DNA of 64,000 bases from Candidatus Poribacteria bacterium (GCA_963665235.2 CAXXLX010000001.1:4032001-4096000); one strand, 5' to 3'. Shown: positions 40,305 to 49,958, counted from the first letter of the stretch. Made by a program: numbers and translations. Notes: generated by a model from the sequence alone, not told the origin.

Positions 40305-41114
40305 TCACTGTGCAAATTTTCTCAGATGTCCCCATGTTATTGCAAGTTTGCCTGCCGGCACTACTGCAAGGGGCCCGCCAAACTTCAAAGTTCCAAGGTT
40401 CGCTGAATCATCTGGATTCAAGCCGTACCAATTCATGAACACAAGCTTCTTCCTTTTTTCTGGGTCATCCGTTCCCTCTTCATATCCGGGTGTGAACCCG
40501 ATTTCGGTGCCCCGCTTGACTTTGATGTCTGTGAGTCCTGTGAACGGCATGGCGATTTCATAAATGGTGCCGCCTTTTCCTAATTCAGGCGTTAGCACAA
40601 TGGCGAGCTTGGAGTCAAGGAGGTCCGCCTTTTTATCGGCACTGAAGTCAGAAATCAGGGGTTGATTTTTGATAAGGGCGAAGTTAGGTTTGCTTGCAGG
40701 CTATCCTACGCCCAATTTCTCCCAATCAATGTATAAAAAAATGGTATCGCCTTTCCACGGCTGTGCGGCATCTGGCGAGGGGAAAAAAGCATCATCGCGG
40801 ACCGCTGCGGCGAAATAGAAATTTTTTGCATCATACATCGTTGCCCACGTCATCGAGAGGTCGTCCTTCCCTTGCCATACGTCCTTTCCGCGCAGGAGCT
40901 CCCTTTCTGTATCAAAGGTAACCCAGACAGCGTGTTGCCAATCGCCAAGTTTTCCATCAATTTTGGGGGGATTTGGCGTTAGACCCGTGATAGATTCGCC
41001 ATATTCTAGTCCAAATGCGTCGCTGTTGTCTTGTGGCAAGAAGTCAGCATTTGCTGCAAAAACGAGTAACAGTCCAAAAATTGCGGTTAAAATTATCGGT
41101 TTCATGATTTTCAA
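40305..41114 (-). pseudogene. Secreted CBM9/DOMON-like sugar-binding protein interrupted by one in-frame TAG
   Basis: PKIDGKLGDW, YDAKNFYFAAAVRDD, YEIAMP; both track ORFs are in one frame, separated by TAG at 40701-40703 and 34 open codons; ends AVVPAGKLAITWGHLRK. Confidence 0.78.
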
Positions 41115-41141
41115 TTCAACTCCTTTGATAGTGTCAGTTCG

Positions 41142-42926
41142 TTAGCCGGGGATTTGTTCGGGACGCGCTTCGGGAATATCTATTGGTACGCACCTGTCGC
41201 ATATCCCGCATCGGTAATCTTCTGGTACATCCTCACTGAAATAGTCCCGAATAACTTTCATTCTGCATTCGTTAGCAACCGCGTAGTAGACCATTTTGTC
41301 TATTCTGCGGCGTTTGTATTGGACATAATCGCTGAGGCCCATCTGTTCTTCAGAGAGCGAGGCGAAGAGTTCACTGTCTTGAAGGAGCTCTATAAGCATC
41401 AGGTCATCCTGTCCTCGGTATTGAAGGTGTCCCTCGTTTTGAAATTCAGCGAGTTGTTCCATTAATTCCTTCGGGTTCAGTTCAAGGGTTTGGCAAAAGC
41501 TTAGAATATCAGTCACATTTTTTTCCCGCAGTTGTGCAAGGAGGTCCGGTTGTGTTGATGTTTCTGTTGTGGGCACTGTTCGTAATCGGACGGAGAGCTG
41601 AGAAGGGACGTTATACCACCGTTTCAGAAAACCGAGTTTTTCGAGATAGCTAAGCCCTACCTGAATTTTGGCTTCCTTAAAACCGATTTGCCAATGCAAT
41701 TCATCCATCGCCATCATTCGGTATTCGCCTGTCCCTTTAAAGTTTTCAAGCCCTTTTAAAAGCTTGAGGAGTGAAGCCTTATCGGGTGCGCTCTCTTTAA
41801 TGAACCATTCATGTAATTCTCTATCCTCTTGGAGATAGAATAGAATACATTGGGCCCGCAATCCGTCTCTGCCTGCTCGGCCGATTTCTTGACAGTATTC
41901 CTCCAGAGTGCCGGTCATCGTCCAATGAATGATATACCGAATATTGGGTTTATCTATGCCCATCCCAAATGCATTTGTAGCGACGACAATGTCTAACCCA
42001 CCTCCTTGGTCGTCAAAAAAAGCTTCCTGAATCTGCTTGCGTTCGTGCGGTTCACGGCCGGCGTGATAAAAATCGGCTCGAAACCCTCGCTGCCGCAGAT
42101 AATGAGCGACCTCCTCTGTTTCACGGCGGCGGCCTGCATAGATAATGCCGTTTCCCTCAAGCTCGCTTAGGTTGTCCGTAAGCAGGGTATATTTCTGGTC
42201 TTCATCTTCGCTATTGTGAACGACTAGCTGTAGATTGTGCCGTTCAATGCCCTGTACTAGGACTCGCGGTTCAGTGAGATTTAGGAGGTTCAGGATATCT
42301 TTTCGGATATCTGGCGGTGCAGTGGCTGTGAAAAGTGCAATGACCCGCGGATAGAGCGTGTCGATGGCATCACAGAGTGAAAGATACGCGGGTCGAAAAT
42401 CGCGTCCCCATTGCGAAATACAGTGTGCTTCATCTATGACAAATAGAGAGATAGAAGCGGAATTGAGCGTATCTAAAAACCGGCGACTCCGTAAACGTTC
42501 CGGTGAAATGTAGAGCAGTTTAGTCTCACCTCGCTTTAATCGCGTAAGCTCAAAGCGGTATTGTTCCCAGGTTTGCGCGCTGTTTATCAGCGAGACCGTG
42601 TCTATCCCACGTGTTTTTAGCGCGTCGACCTGGTCTTTCATCAGTGAGATGAGCGGCGATACGACAACGGTTATCCCCGGAAGCATCAAGGCTGGCAGCT
42701 GATAACATAAAGATTTTCCATGTCCGGTCGGAAAGACAGCGAAAACGTTCTCACCTCCGAGGATTGCTTCAATAATTTCGCGTTGCCCATGTCGGAAGGT
42801 GTTATAACCAAAGTGCTGGTGGAGCGCGTCTAGGAGTTCATCTTTTTGGCCTATAACGACTTGAGGTGCATCCGATGGATTCAGTAAACCGTCAACCTCT
42901 TCTAGCAAATCCTGCAAATTCTGCAT
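41142..42926 (-). CDS. recQ: RecQ-family ATP-dependent DNA helicase
   Basis: PTGHGKSLCYQ, DEAHCISQWG, TATA, ATNAFGMGIDK, QEIGRAGRDG, Zn site CR...CGICDRC; no HRDC domain evident. Confidence 0.92.
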   Translation of the reverse strand: MQNLQDLLEEVDGLLNPSDAPQVVIGQKDELLDALHQHFGYNTFRHGQREIIEAILGGENVFAVFPTGHGKSLCYQLPALMLPGITVVVSPLISLMKDQVDALKTRGIDTVSLINSAQTWEQYRFELTRLKRGETKLLYISPERLRSRRFLDTLNSASISLFVIDEAHCISQWGRDFRPAYLSLCDAIDTLYPRVIALFTATAPPDIRKDILNLLNLTEPRVLVQGIERHNLQLVVHNSEDEDQKYTLLTDNLSELEGNGIIYAGRRRETEEVAHYLRQRGFRADFYHAGREPHERKQIQEAFFDDQGGGLDIVVATNAFGMGIDKPNIRYIIHWTMTGTLEEYCQEIGRAGRDGLRAQCILFYLQEDRELHEWFIKESAPDKASLLKLLKGLENFKGTGEYRMMAMDELHWQIGFKEAKIQVGLSYLEKLGFLKRWYNVPSQLSVRLRTVPTTETSTQPDLLAQLREKNVTDILSFCQTLELNPKELMEQLAEFQNEGHLQYRGQDDLMLIELLQDSELFASLSEEQMGLSDYVQYKRRRIDKMVYYAVANECRMKVIRDYFSEDVPEDYRCGICDRCVPIDIPEARPEQIPG

Positions 42927-42976
42927 AAGTTTTCAACGTTTTTAAAGGGCCGGTGTATAGCATATTCCTACGACTT

Positions 42977-43675
42977 TTAGGAGAAAAAACGAAATCGGAG
43001 GATGTGGAAGATTGCTGCAACGCCATCTTTCCAACTTACGGTTTTTCCTTCGTCGTAGTCTCTGCCTCGATAACTGATTGGCACATCAACGATGCGGCAC
43101 TTTCGTTTGGCGAGTTTTGCGGTAATTTCGGGTTCAAATCCGAACCGGTCAGAGCGCAGGGAGATGCCCTTCAAAATGTCGGTTTTCATGACTTTGTAGC
43201 AGGTCTCCATGTCGGTTAGCTTTGTGCCGTTGACAAGGTTTGAGAGTGACGTTAGGAATCGGTTTGCGATATAACTGCGCAATAATCCTTCTTGCCGTCC
43301 CGCCATAAATCGTGACCCGTAGACGACATCGGCTTCATCTGATAGGATAGGTGCCAGCAGTTTAGGGTAATCCTGCGGGTCATATTCTAAATCGGCATCT
43401 TGGATGAGCGTAATATCGCCGGTAACATGCTCGAAGCCGGCTCGCAAGGTCGCGCCTTTGCCGCGATTTACTGTGTTATAGAAAATTTTGGCGATGTTGT
43501 CCGCTGAACGTTGGCGTTTCTCTAGAATTTCACGCGTCCCATCTGTTGAACAATCATCGACAAGGATTAACTCTTTTTCCATGCCGACATCAACTGCTTC
43601 AACCTGCCGTAGGATTTCTTCTAGATGCTCAGCCTCATTGTAAATCGGAATCACAATGGATAGTTTGTGCGCCAT
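42977..43675 (-). CDS. Glycosyltransferase family 2 (DPM synthase-like)
   Basis: IPIYNE, VDDCSTDGT, QDADLEY, FGFEPE. Confidence 0.92.
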   Translation of the reverse strand: MAHKLSIVIPIYNEAEHLEEILRQVEAVDVGMEKELILVDDCSTDGTREILEKRQRSADNIAKIFYNTVNRGKGATLRAGFEHVTGDITLIQDADLEYDPQDYPKLLAPILSDEADVVYGSRFMAGRQEGLLRSYIANRFLTSLSNLVNGTKLTDMETCYKVMKTDILKGISLRSDRFGFEPEITAKLAKRKCRIVDVPISYRGRDYDEGKTVSWKDGVAAIFHILRFRFFS

Positions 43676-43854
43676 CCGGATTCCTCCAATTTTTGGGTGT
43701 AAGGATTTCGGTCCACATTTCTCTAGGAAGCAAACTGTGTGCTCTCATCGTCAGGAGGATAAAAGTCCTCTAATATAAGGATACCTTATTGTGGATTTTA
43801 ATGCAAGTTAAAAAATGAAACAAAATGGGTGTGTACAGTTTTTGAACTATGATA

Positions 43855-43998
43855 GATGGAAGGATGGAAGGATGGAAGGATGGAAGGATGGAAGGATGGA
43901 AGGATGGAAGGATGGAAGGATGGAAGGATGGAAGGATGGAAGGATGGAAGGATGGAAGGATGGAAGGATGGAAGGATGGAAGGATGGAAGGATGGAAG
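43855..43998. repeat. Perfect 8-bp tandem repeat (GATGGAAG)x18
   Basis: 144 bp of uninterrupted units. Confidence 0.95.
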
Positions 43999-44257
43999 AG
44001 GGGATGTTGCGTTTTTTGTCTGAATGCACGTCGCATTTGGGCGAATACGCCGCAAATCGCGGATTACACAGAGGACGCGGAAAACGCGGAGTTTAAGAGG
44101 TGTCTGCCTATATTGAAAGGTATCGCGTGCACAGCACGCTCCTACATAACCCGTTAAGTACAAAAATTTTACGCGTAATGAAACGAAAATAGTTTTGATT
44201 TTCTTAGCTGTTTTTGATATACTTATAGCAAGAAATAGAGGAGGGTTACGTAAAACG

Positions 44258-45664
44258 ATGAGAACGCACACATTACAACTCACTGATGAAGAGATGCGGG
44301 ATTTTATCATAAATGGGTATGTTAAGGTGAAAACCGATTTTCCGCCGAGTTTTCATGAAAATATCTATGAACAGTTGGACGCAATGTTTGAACACACGGG
44401 CAACTTGGGCAACAATGTGCTACCGCTTATTCCTGAAATTCAGGAGGTTTTTGACCATCCGGTGGTCCACGGTGCCATGCAAGGTGTGCTCGGTTCAAAT
44501 TATGTGATGCATCCGCATCGCTACTGCCATTACAATCCCCAAGGGAGTGGCGGTCAAGGTTTCCATAAGGATACGTATGAAGGTGATGAACAAATTCGGA
44601 GGCACCGATGCCGCTGGACTATGGGATTCTATTATCCGCAGGATGTCACAGAGGACATGGGCCCTACTGCTGTGCTCCCCGGTTCGCAATATTATGAGAC
44701 TGGGGAAAGCGCGCATGAACAGCCCGAACTGTCACTCTGTGGTGAAGCGGGCACGGTGACGATTGTCCATTACGATTTGTGGCACCGCGCTACGCCGAAT
44801 CGTAGTGATAAGAAACGGTATATGTTAAAGTTCCTATTCCTACGGCTTGACGAACCCCAAACGCCTTTATGGCAAAGCAGGACCGATGACTGGGATGCGG
44901 TTGGCGATATGGATGAATCTCAACACCCCGACTTATGGGAATCCCAGTGGGATTGGTACTGCGGAAAACAGGACGGGACAACTAACGGTGTATCGCAAAC
45001 TGAAATGGATACGTTGCTTGACAGTTTGCAAGATGCGGATGAAAAAATAAGGTTGAACGCGGCTTATCGCTTAGGGAGGGTCGGCGCAGCTGCTGTGCCT
45101 ACGTTGAAACAGGCGTTGTATGGCAGTTCCGAATCTATCCGCAACTATGCCGGGTATGCCTTGAGCCTCACTGGCACGCCTGCTGTGCCAACTCTCATTG
45201 ACGCGTTGCAAGACACGGATGATTCGGTCCGCGCAAGTGCGGCCTATTCGCTGGCAGACATGGGAAAGGTTGCACAAGAGGCTATCCCTGCGCTAACGCT
45301 TGCAGCAAAAGATGGCTCCGAATGGGTTCGACGGCACGCAGTTGAAGGGTTGGGACTTATCGGACAACAGGTCGATGAAGAAACCGACTTGGACGAGACT
45401 GTACAGGTGTTGACAGACGCGCTTCGCGACGAGTACCATTGGGTCCGGGATAATGCCGCACGTTCATTGGCTAAACTTGGTCCCCTTGCTGAACCTGCGA
45501 TGCCAGTCCTCGTCCCGCTGTTGGAGGATGAGAATAGGTACGTCCGTTTCCACGCGGCGTTGGCGTTGAAACAGATTGAGACGCGAGAGGCACAGGATGT
45601 GCTTTTTGAGCATCTATTGGCTACAAGGTGGTGTTCATTGACAACGCGGGGAACACCTTATTAG
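44258..45664 (+). CDS. PhyH-like dioxygenase fused to HEAT repeats
   Basis: [17 protein letters not shown]; C-terminal HEAT/PBS repeats such as VRASAAYSL; start moved to MRTHT. Confidence 0.85.
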   Translation: MRTHTLQLTDEEMRDFIINGYVKVKTDFPPSFHENIYEQLDAMFEHTGNLGNNVLPLIPEIQEVFDHPVVHGAMQGVLGSNYVMHPHRYCHYNPQGSGGQGFHKDTYEGDEQIRRHRCRWTMGFYYPQDVTEDMGPTAVLPGSQYYETGESAHEQPELSLCGEAGTVTIVHYDLWHRATPNRSDKKRYMLKFLFLRLDEPQTPLWQSRTDDWDAVGDMDESQHPDLWESQWDWYCGKQDGTTNGVSQTEMDTLLDSLQDADEKIRLNAAYRLGRVGAAAVPTLKQALYGSSESIRNYAGYALSLTGTPAVPTLIDALQDTDDSVRASAAYSLADMGKVAQEAIPALTLAAKDGSEWVRRHAVEGLGLIGQQVDEETDLDETVQVLTDALRDEYHWVRDNAARSLAKLGPLAEPAMPVLVPLLEDENRYVRFHAALALKQIETREAQDVLFEHLLATRWCSLTTRGTPY

Positions 45665-45737
45665 GAAATGGACAACGTTGGAAGCACGGTAATTGCAAGA
45701 TGCCGCGCTTCCAACGTATCTATGTCCATCTAACTTA

Positions 45738-45909
45738 TACCATTTTTATTAATTATTCTATCATTACCGGTTGTTAGAAATGAAACGGAGAACGGAAGAC
45801 CCAAACTGGAAGTTTATGCTACAAGAACACAAACTGGAAGTTTATGCTACAAGAACACAAACTAAAAGTTTATGCTACAAGAAAGAGACATTTTCAATTA
45901 GAAATGGTA
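45738..45909. mobile_element. MITE copy 3 with 3 internal REP-like units (28-bp period)
   Basis: Same terminal inverted repeats and body; flanked by a TAACTTA direct repeat. Confidence 0.85.
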
Positions 45910-45913
45910 TAAC

Positions 45914-46558
45914 TTAGTTCGCATTCCCATTAGTTTGGCCGGATTGCAGTTCCTCAAGACGTTCTCTTCCCAATTCTAAGAGAATCTCTGTTACGAAGAC
46001 ACTATCATGTTCAGCCTTGGCGTGACAGCCGTGGCATCCCATGCTTCCTCTTTCGGTTCCATCGCCGGCTTTTGGGACGAATTTATCCGTTTCCGAATCC
46101 CGTTGATATTGGACATACACCCACCCATTGTGGTCAGCGTACATTACATCGTCGGTTTTCTTCATTATAGCAACACGCCAGACGAATGTGTTCGTGTCAT
46201 CCATAATTTCCTTGACAAGTGTGAGCCCTATTGGATACTCAACGGGGATTCCTGCATCTATTGCTGCGGGAACGGAATAGAAGAACTGATGGTCAAGGTT
46301 GCCTATATAGACGGTTCGGGTACCTAGGCCGTGCGCGCTCCCGCTCTCTTCTGGTTCAGTGAATGTAGCAGGGGGTGCGTCAAGCGGCTGGGCATATTTC
46401 CATGACTTATACGTTGCTAAGACTTCGTCCAATATATGTGTGTCCATCATCTCATCGTCGGACGTGGGTGGTGTCATCGCTTTTTGCATTCGCTGACAAG
46501 ATGTAAAGGTAACACAGGCGATTAGTACCACAATCAAGCTAATCTGGAATTTTAGCAT
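45914..46558 (-). CDS. Cytochrome P460 / c'-beta family lipoprotein
   Basis: Lipobox-like FTSC; YKSW, RTVY, LVKE, GWVY; C-terminal heme motif CHGCH followed by DSVF. Confidence 0.78.
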   Translation of the reverse strand: MLKFQISLIVVLIACVTFTSCQRMQKAMTPPTSDDEMMDTHILDEVLATYKSWKYAQPLDAPPATFTEPEESGSAHGLGTRTVYIGNLDHQFFYSVPAAIDAGIPVEYPIGLTLVKEIMDDTNTFVWRVAIMKKTDDVMYADHNGWVYVQYQRDSETDKFVPKAGDGTERGSMGCHGCHAKAEHDSVFVTEILLELGRERLEELQSGQTNGNAN

Positions 46559-46716
46559 AAGTACTACTCCTTTAGAGTTTTGACATACTCTCCCTGATAG
46601 AGCGTGGGAGATTCTGTAGTAGAAATTCTAATCTCTAATAATAGGCATAGCATACCACAGTTTAAAGAAAAAGTCAAATTAATTTTTCATCAAGGGTGCG
46701 TAAAGTTTTTGTCATA

Positions 46717-46861
46717 ATGATAGAGGGAAGGATGGAAGGGTGGAAGAATGGAAGAATGGAAGGGTAAATTTCGCGTGTGTTGTCTGAATGCACGTTGCAT
46801 TTGGGCGTGCACGCCGCAAATCGCGGATTAGCGCGGAGGACGCGGATTGCGCGGATTTTAA
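46717..46861. repeat. GGAAG-repeat/CGCGGAT composite element
   Basis: Colinear with 43848-44096. Confidence 0.75.
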
Positions 46862-46953
46862 TTCTATAAACATATCGCCCCGCTGGGGCTAGTTTTTGTT
46901 TTGTTTGTGTTTTCCATAAAGATACCGCCCCGCTGGGGCTGCGCTTTCGCACA
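46862..46953. repeat. Pair of CTATAAACATATCGCCCCGCTGGGGCT hairpins
   Basis: Same pair architecture as 52826-52915. Confidence 0.75.
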
Positions 46954-47076
46954 TCGGAGGCTATTTTTCTCCCATTTGTCCTTGTGTGGGAAACTTGGTG
47001 AAAAATCAACAATGCTTTGAAATCGGGCAGCAGCCTCACTGATAGTATCCAAAATATAGTACACAATATAGGAGCA

Positions 47077-49800
47077 TCACGGATTTATCTCCCAGAGCAG
47101 CACAGAGCCATCAGAGCCGCCACTTGCAAGGATTTTTCCATCCGGACTGAACGCGATGCTATTGACTGAAGATGTATGTCCAGCGAGTGTTTTCTTGTAT
47201 TCGCCTGTGTGTGCATCCCATAAGTTGAGCGTGGTGTCAAAAGATGCACTTGCAAGGGTTTTCCCATCCGGACTGAACGCTATACTGTACACCCAATCTG
47301 TATGTCCTATAAGCTTCGTCTTAGTTTTTCCTGTCTCTATATCCCACAAGAAAATGATACGTTCTGTCCCACCACTTGCAAGGGTTTTGCCATCAGGACT
47401 GAACGCGAGACTTCTAATCCACTCTGTCTGTCCGGTAAGTGTCATTTTGTTCTCACCCGTGTCAACGTCCCAGAGACGTATCGTATTGTCTTGATTGCCA
47501 CTTGCGAGGGTTTTGCCATCAGGACTGAATGTGACGCTTTCGGCCTCAGATTTATGTCCTGTGAGCGTTTTTTTGTGTTCGCCTGTGTGTGCATCATAGA
47601 GGCGGATGGTATTATCCCAACTTCCACTTGCAAGTATATTTCCATCGGGACTGAGGACTACTGTATCAACAACATCCGTATGTCCGGTGAGTGTTTTTTT
47701 GTGTTCACCTGTATGCGTATCCCAGAAGCGGATGCCTTCATCACTGCCACAAATAAGGGTTTTTCCATCAGGACTAAACACCAGACTGCGTGCCATATCC
47801 TTAAACCCATCTTTAGACCCATTGAGGGTTTTTATATGTTGCCTTGTGTCTACATCCCAAAAACGAATAATCCCATTGTAAGATCCACTTGCGATAAAAT
47901 CCCCGGTGGGGTTGAACGCCACACTCAAGACACCTTCAGAATGCCCAATGAACATATTTCTTGCTTTGCCTGTGCGTGCATCATAGAAGCGGATAGTGCC
48001 ATCGCCACTTCCACTCGCCAATGTTTTTCCATCAGGACTGAACGCTAAGTGTCGAACATATCGTGTATGCTCAGTGAGGGTTAGTCTATGTTCGCCAGTG
48101 TGTGCATCATAGAGGCGGATTGTTTCATCATAAAGTGCTGAGGTAGCGAGTGTTTTTCCATCCGGGCTAAACGCTAAGTTGTCAACATGCTCCCCATGTC
48201 CGGTGAGTGTCATCTTGAGTTCGCCTGTCTCTAAGTGGTGGAGGTAGACAATGCCATTTTTATCACCACCGATAGCGACCGTTTTTCCATCCGGACTGAA
48301 GGCTGCGCCTACAGTGGAGCAATCAGGGTGTAGAGCGAATGTTTTCTGGTGTTCACCTGTGATTGAATCCCATAGACTGATTTTGTCTTCCAAACTCACA
48401 CTTACAAGTGTCTGTCCATCTGGCGTGAATGATAACATGGTGGCACGCCAGGAATCTTTCGTGAGCGTATACTTCACCTCTCCGGTGATTGCGTCCCATA
48501 ATCGGATAGTGCCGTCTCGACTATCACTTGCGATTGTTTTTCCATCCGGACTGAATACCACACACCAGATAATATCTGTATGTCCGGTAAGTGTCGTTAG
48601 CGCACCCGTGCGCCTATCCCACAACGTAATGGGACCGTACACACTCCCGCTTGCAATGGTGTGTCCATCCGGACCGAATGCAAAGGAATCAACTTCACTC
48701 ATATCCTCTGTGAGCAGTGCAACCTCTTGATGTGTGGTCGTATCATAGAGCCAAATTCCGATTCCGCCCGCAACAGCGAGAAACTTTCCATCCGGTGAAT
48801 ACTGTATTTCAGTTATTTTCCCTTTGCCGAGCCGGGCTTTGGCATCTTCAGGTAAGTTCCATTGCATGGCATCTTGTGTTAGGTTGTTTTTCACTGTTTT
48901 TGCTCCTTTTGTTAGACCGTTGTTACTGTTTTCGCTTCGATTCGTATCGCCCCCAGCCCGGTTTTGCAATTCCGGTTTTAATTGAATATTAAGAACGACC
49001 GGTGCATCAACGATTTCAATAGTAGGTTCTGATTTTGCATCAACACTATATGGTTTCTGAAAATTAGCGGTGAATTGTTTGCTTGCACCCATCAACAAAA
49101 TAATCAAAATAGTAGATGCCCCTAAAGCTGCAAACGGGAGTAGCGGTTTGCTTCCTGATGGAGACAGTTGCTTTGTTGTGTCAATGCGCCGCATGATGTT
49201 TTCCGTTAAATCGGGTCGCAATGGAACACTGCCGAGGGTTTCCCGAATTATGTGTTCTTCACTTCTTAGCCGTTCTCGTGCGCGTTTAAGTCGGCTTTTA
49301 ACCGTGTTCGGAGATACCCCCAAAAACTTGCTAATCTCTTCACAACTCATTTCACCGAGATAGTGAAGGACCATCACTGTGCGTTCGCTCTCTGGTAGTT
49401 TTTCCATGAGCTTTTGCACAATTCGGCGGCGGTGTTCAACGGCTGCTTCCTCACGCTGTTCGCAGATATAGTCCGCATAAGCCGTTTTTTCGAGTGTTTC
49501 TTCATTGGTGGCTTCAAGCGATTGTGTTTGTAGTCTCTTTTTTCTGAACTCTGCTTTGCAACGTCTATCTGCGATTACGTAAAGCCATCCAGCAAATTGG
49601 TTCGGATTTTTTAACGTGGCAAGTTTTTTATGTGCCTGCAAAAAAGTGTCTTGCGTAATTTCTTCAGCAATATGAAAATCGCCTATTTTTCGCCAGGCAA
49701 GGGCGTGAACACTCTTTTGGTATTTTTTAACTAAATCGCTGAAAGCAGACTCGTCCCCTGATAATGTCCTCTGAATCAGTTCAACGTCATCTTTTTCCAT
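47077..49800 (-). CDS. ECF sigma-70 factor fused via a TM helix to WD40 repeats
   Basis: Sigma2 (AEEITQDTF...FAGWLY), sigma4 (EEISKFLGVSPNTVKSRLKRAR), hydrophobic helix, more than 12 WD40 repeats. Confidence 0.92.
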   Translation of the reverse strand: MEKDDVELIQRTLSGDESAFSDLVKKYQKSVHALAWRKIGDFHIAEEITQDTFLQAHKKLATLKNPNQFAGWLYVIADRRCKAEFRKKRLQTQSLEATNEETLEKTAYADYICEQREEAAVEHRRRIVQKLMEKLPESERTVMVLHYLGEMSCEEISKFLGVSPNTVKSRLKRARERLRSEEHIIRETLGSVPLRPDLTENIMRRIDTTKQLSPSGSKPLLPFAALGASTILIILLMGASKQFTANFQKPYSVDAKSEPTIEIVDAPVVLNIQLKPELQNRAGGDTNRSENSNNGLTKGAKTVKNNLTQDAMQWNLPEDAKARLGKGKITEIQYSPDGKFLAVAGGIGIWLYDTTTHQEVALLTEDMSEVDSFAFGPDGHTIASGSVYGPITLWDRRTGALTTLTGHTDIIWCVVFSPDGKTIASDSRDGTIRLWDAITGEVKYTLTKDSWRATMLSFTPDGQTLVSVSLEDKISLWDSITGEHQKTFALHPDCSTVGAAFSPDGKTVAIGGDKNGIVYLHHLETGELKMTLTGHGEHVDNLAFSPDGKTLATSALYDETIRLYDAHTGEHRLTLTEHTRYVRHLAFSPDGKTLASGSGDGTIRFYDARTGKARNMFIGHSEGVLSVAFNPTGDFIASGSYNGIIRFWDVDTRQHIKTLNGSKDGFKDMARSLVFSPDGKTLICGSDEGIRFWDTHTGEHKKTLTGHTDVVDTVVLSPDGNILASGSWDNTIRLYDAHTGEHKKTLTGHKSEAESVTFSPDGKTLASGNQDNTIRLWDVDTGENKMTLTGQTEWIRSLAFSPDGKTLASGGTERIIFLWDIETGKTKTKLIGHTDWVYSIAFSPDGKTLASASFDTTLNLWDAHTGEYKKTLAGHTSSVNSIAFSPDGKILASGGSDGSVLLWEINP

Positions 49801-49823
49801 CAGAAACCTCCCGTAATCAATTT

Positions 49824-49856
49824 ATAGTGACGCGATTTTAGGGTGGACAGGTTGCA
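49824..49856 (-). promoter_or_regulatory. ECF-type promoter (probable autoregulation)
   Basis: TGCAACC-17 bp-CGTCACTAT; same motif upstream of the second ECF gene. Confidence 0.7.
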
Positions 49857-49958
49857 TAAATGTCATAATTCAAACAAAACCTGCCTTTTCTGTGTGTGGA
49901 CCAAAACACAAACAATGAATTGTGCTACTACCAACGCAGGTATGATGAATTGGGAACA

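Noticed and set aside
40701-40703. Pyrrolysine or genome-wide TAG recoding
   Set aside because: TAG terminates several normal genes in the window, no pyl genes are seen, and it is a single instance
43770-44310. ORFs encoding (PSFHPSIL)n and (GRMEGWKD)n
   Set aside because: By-products of the stop-free 8-bp tandem repeat; no other coding evidence
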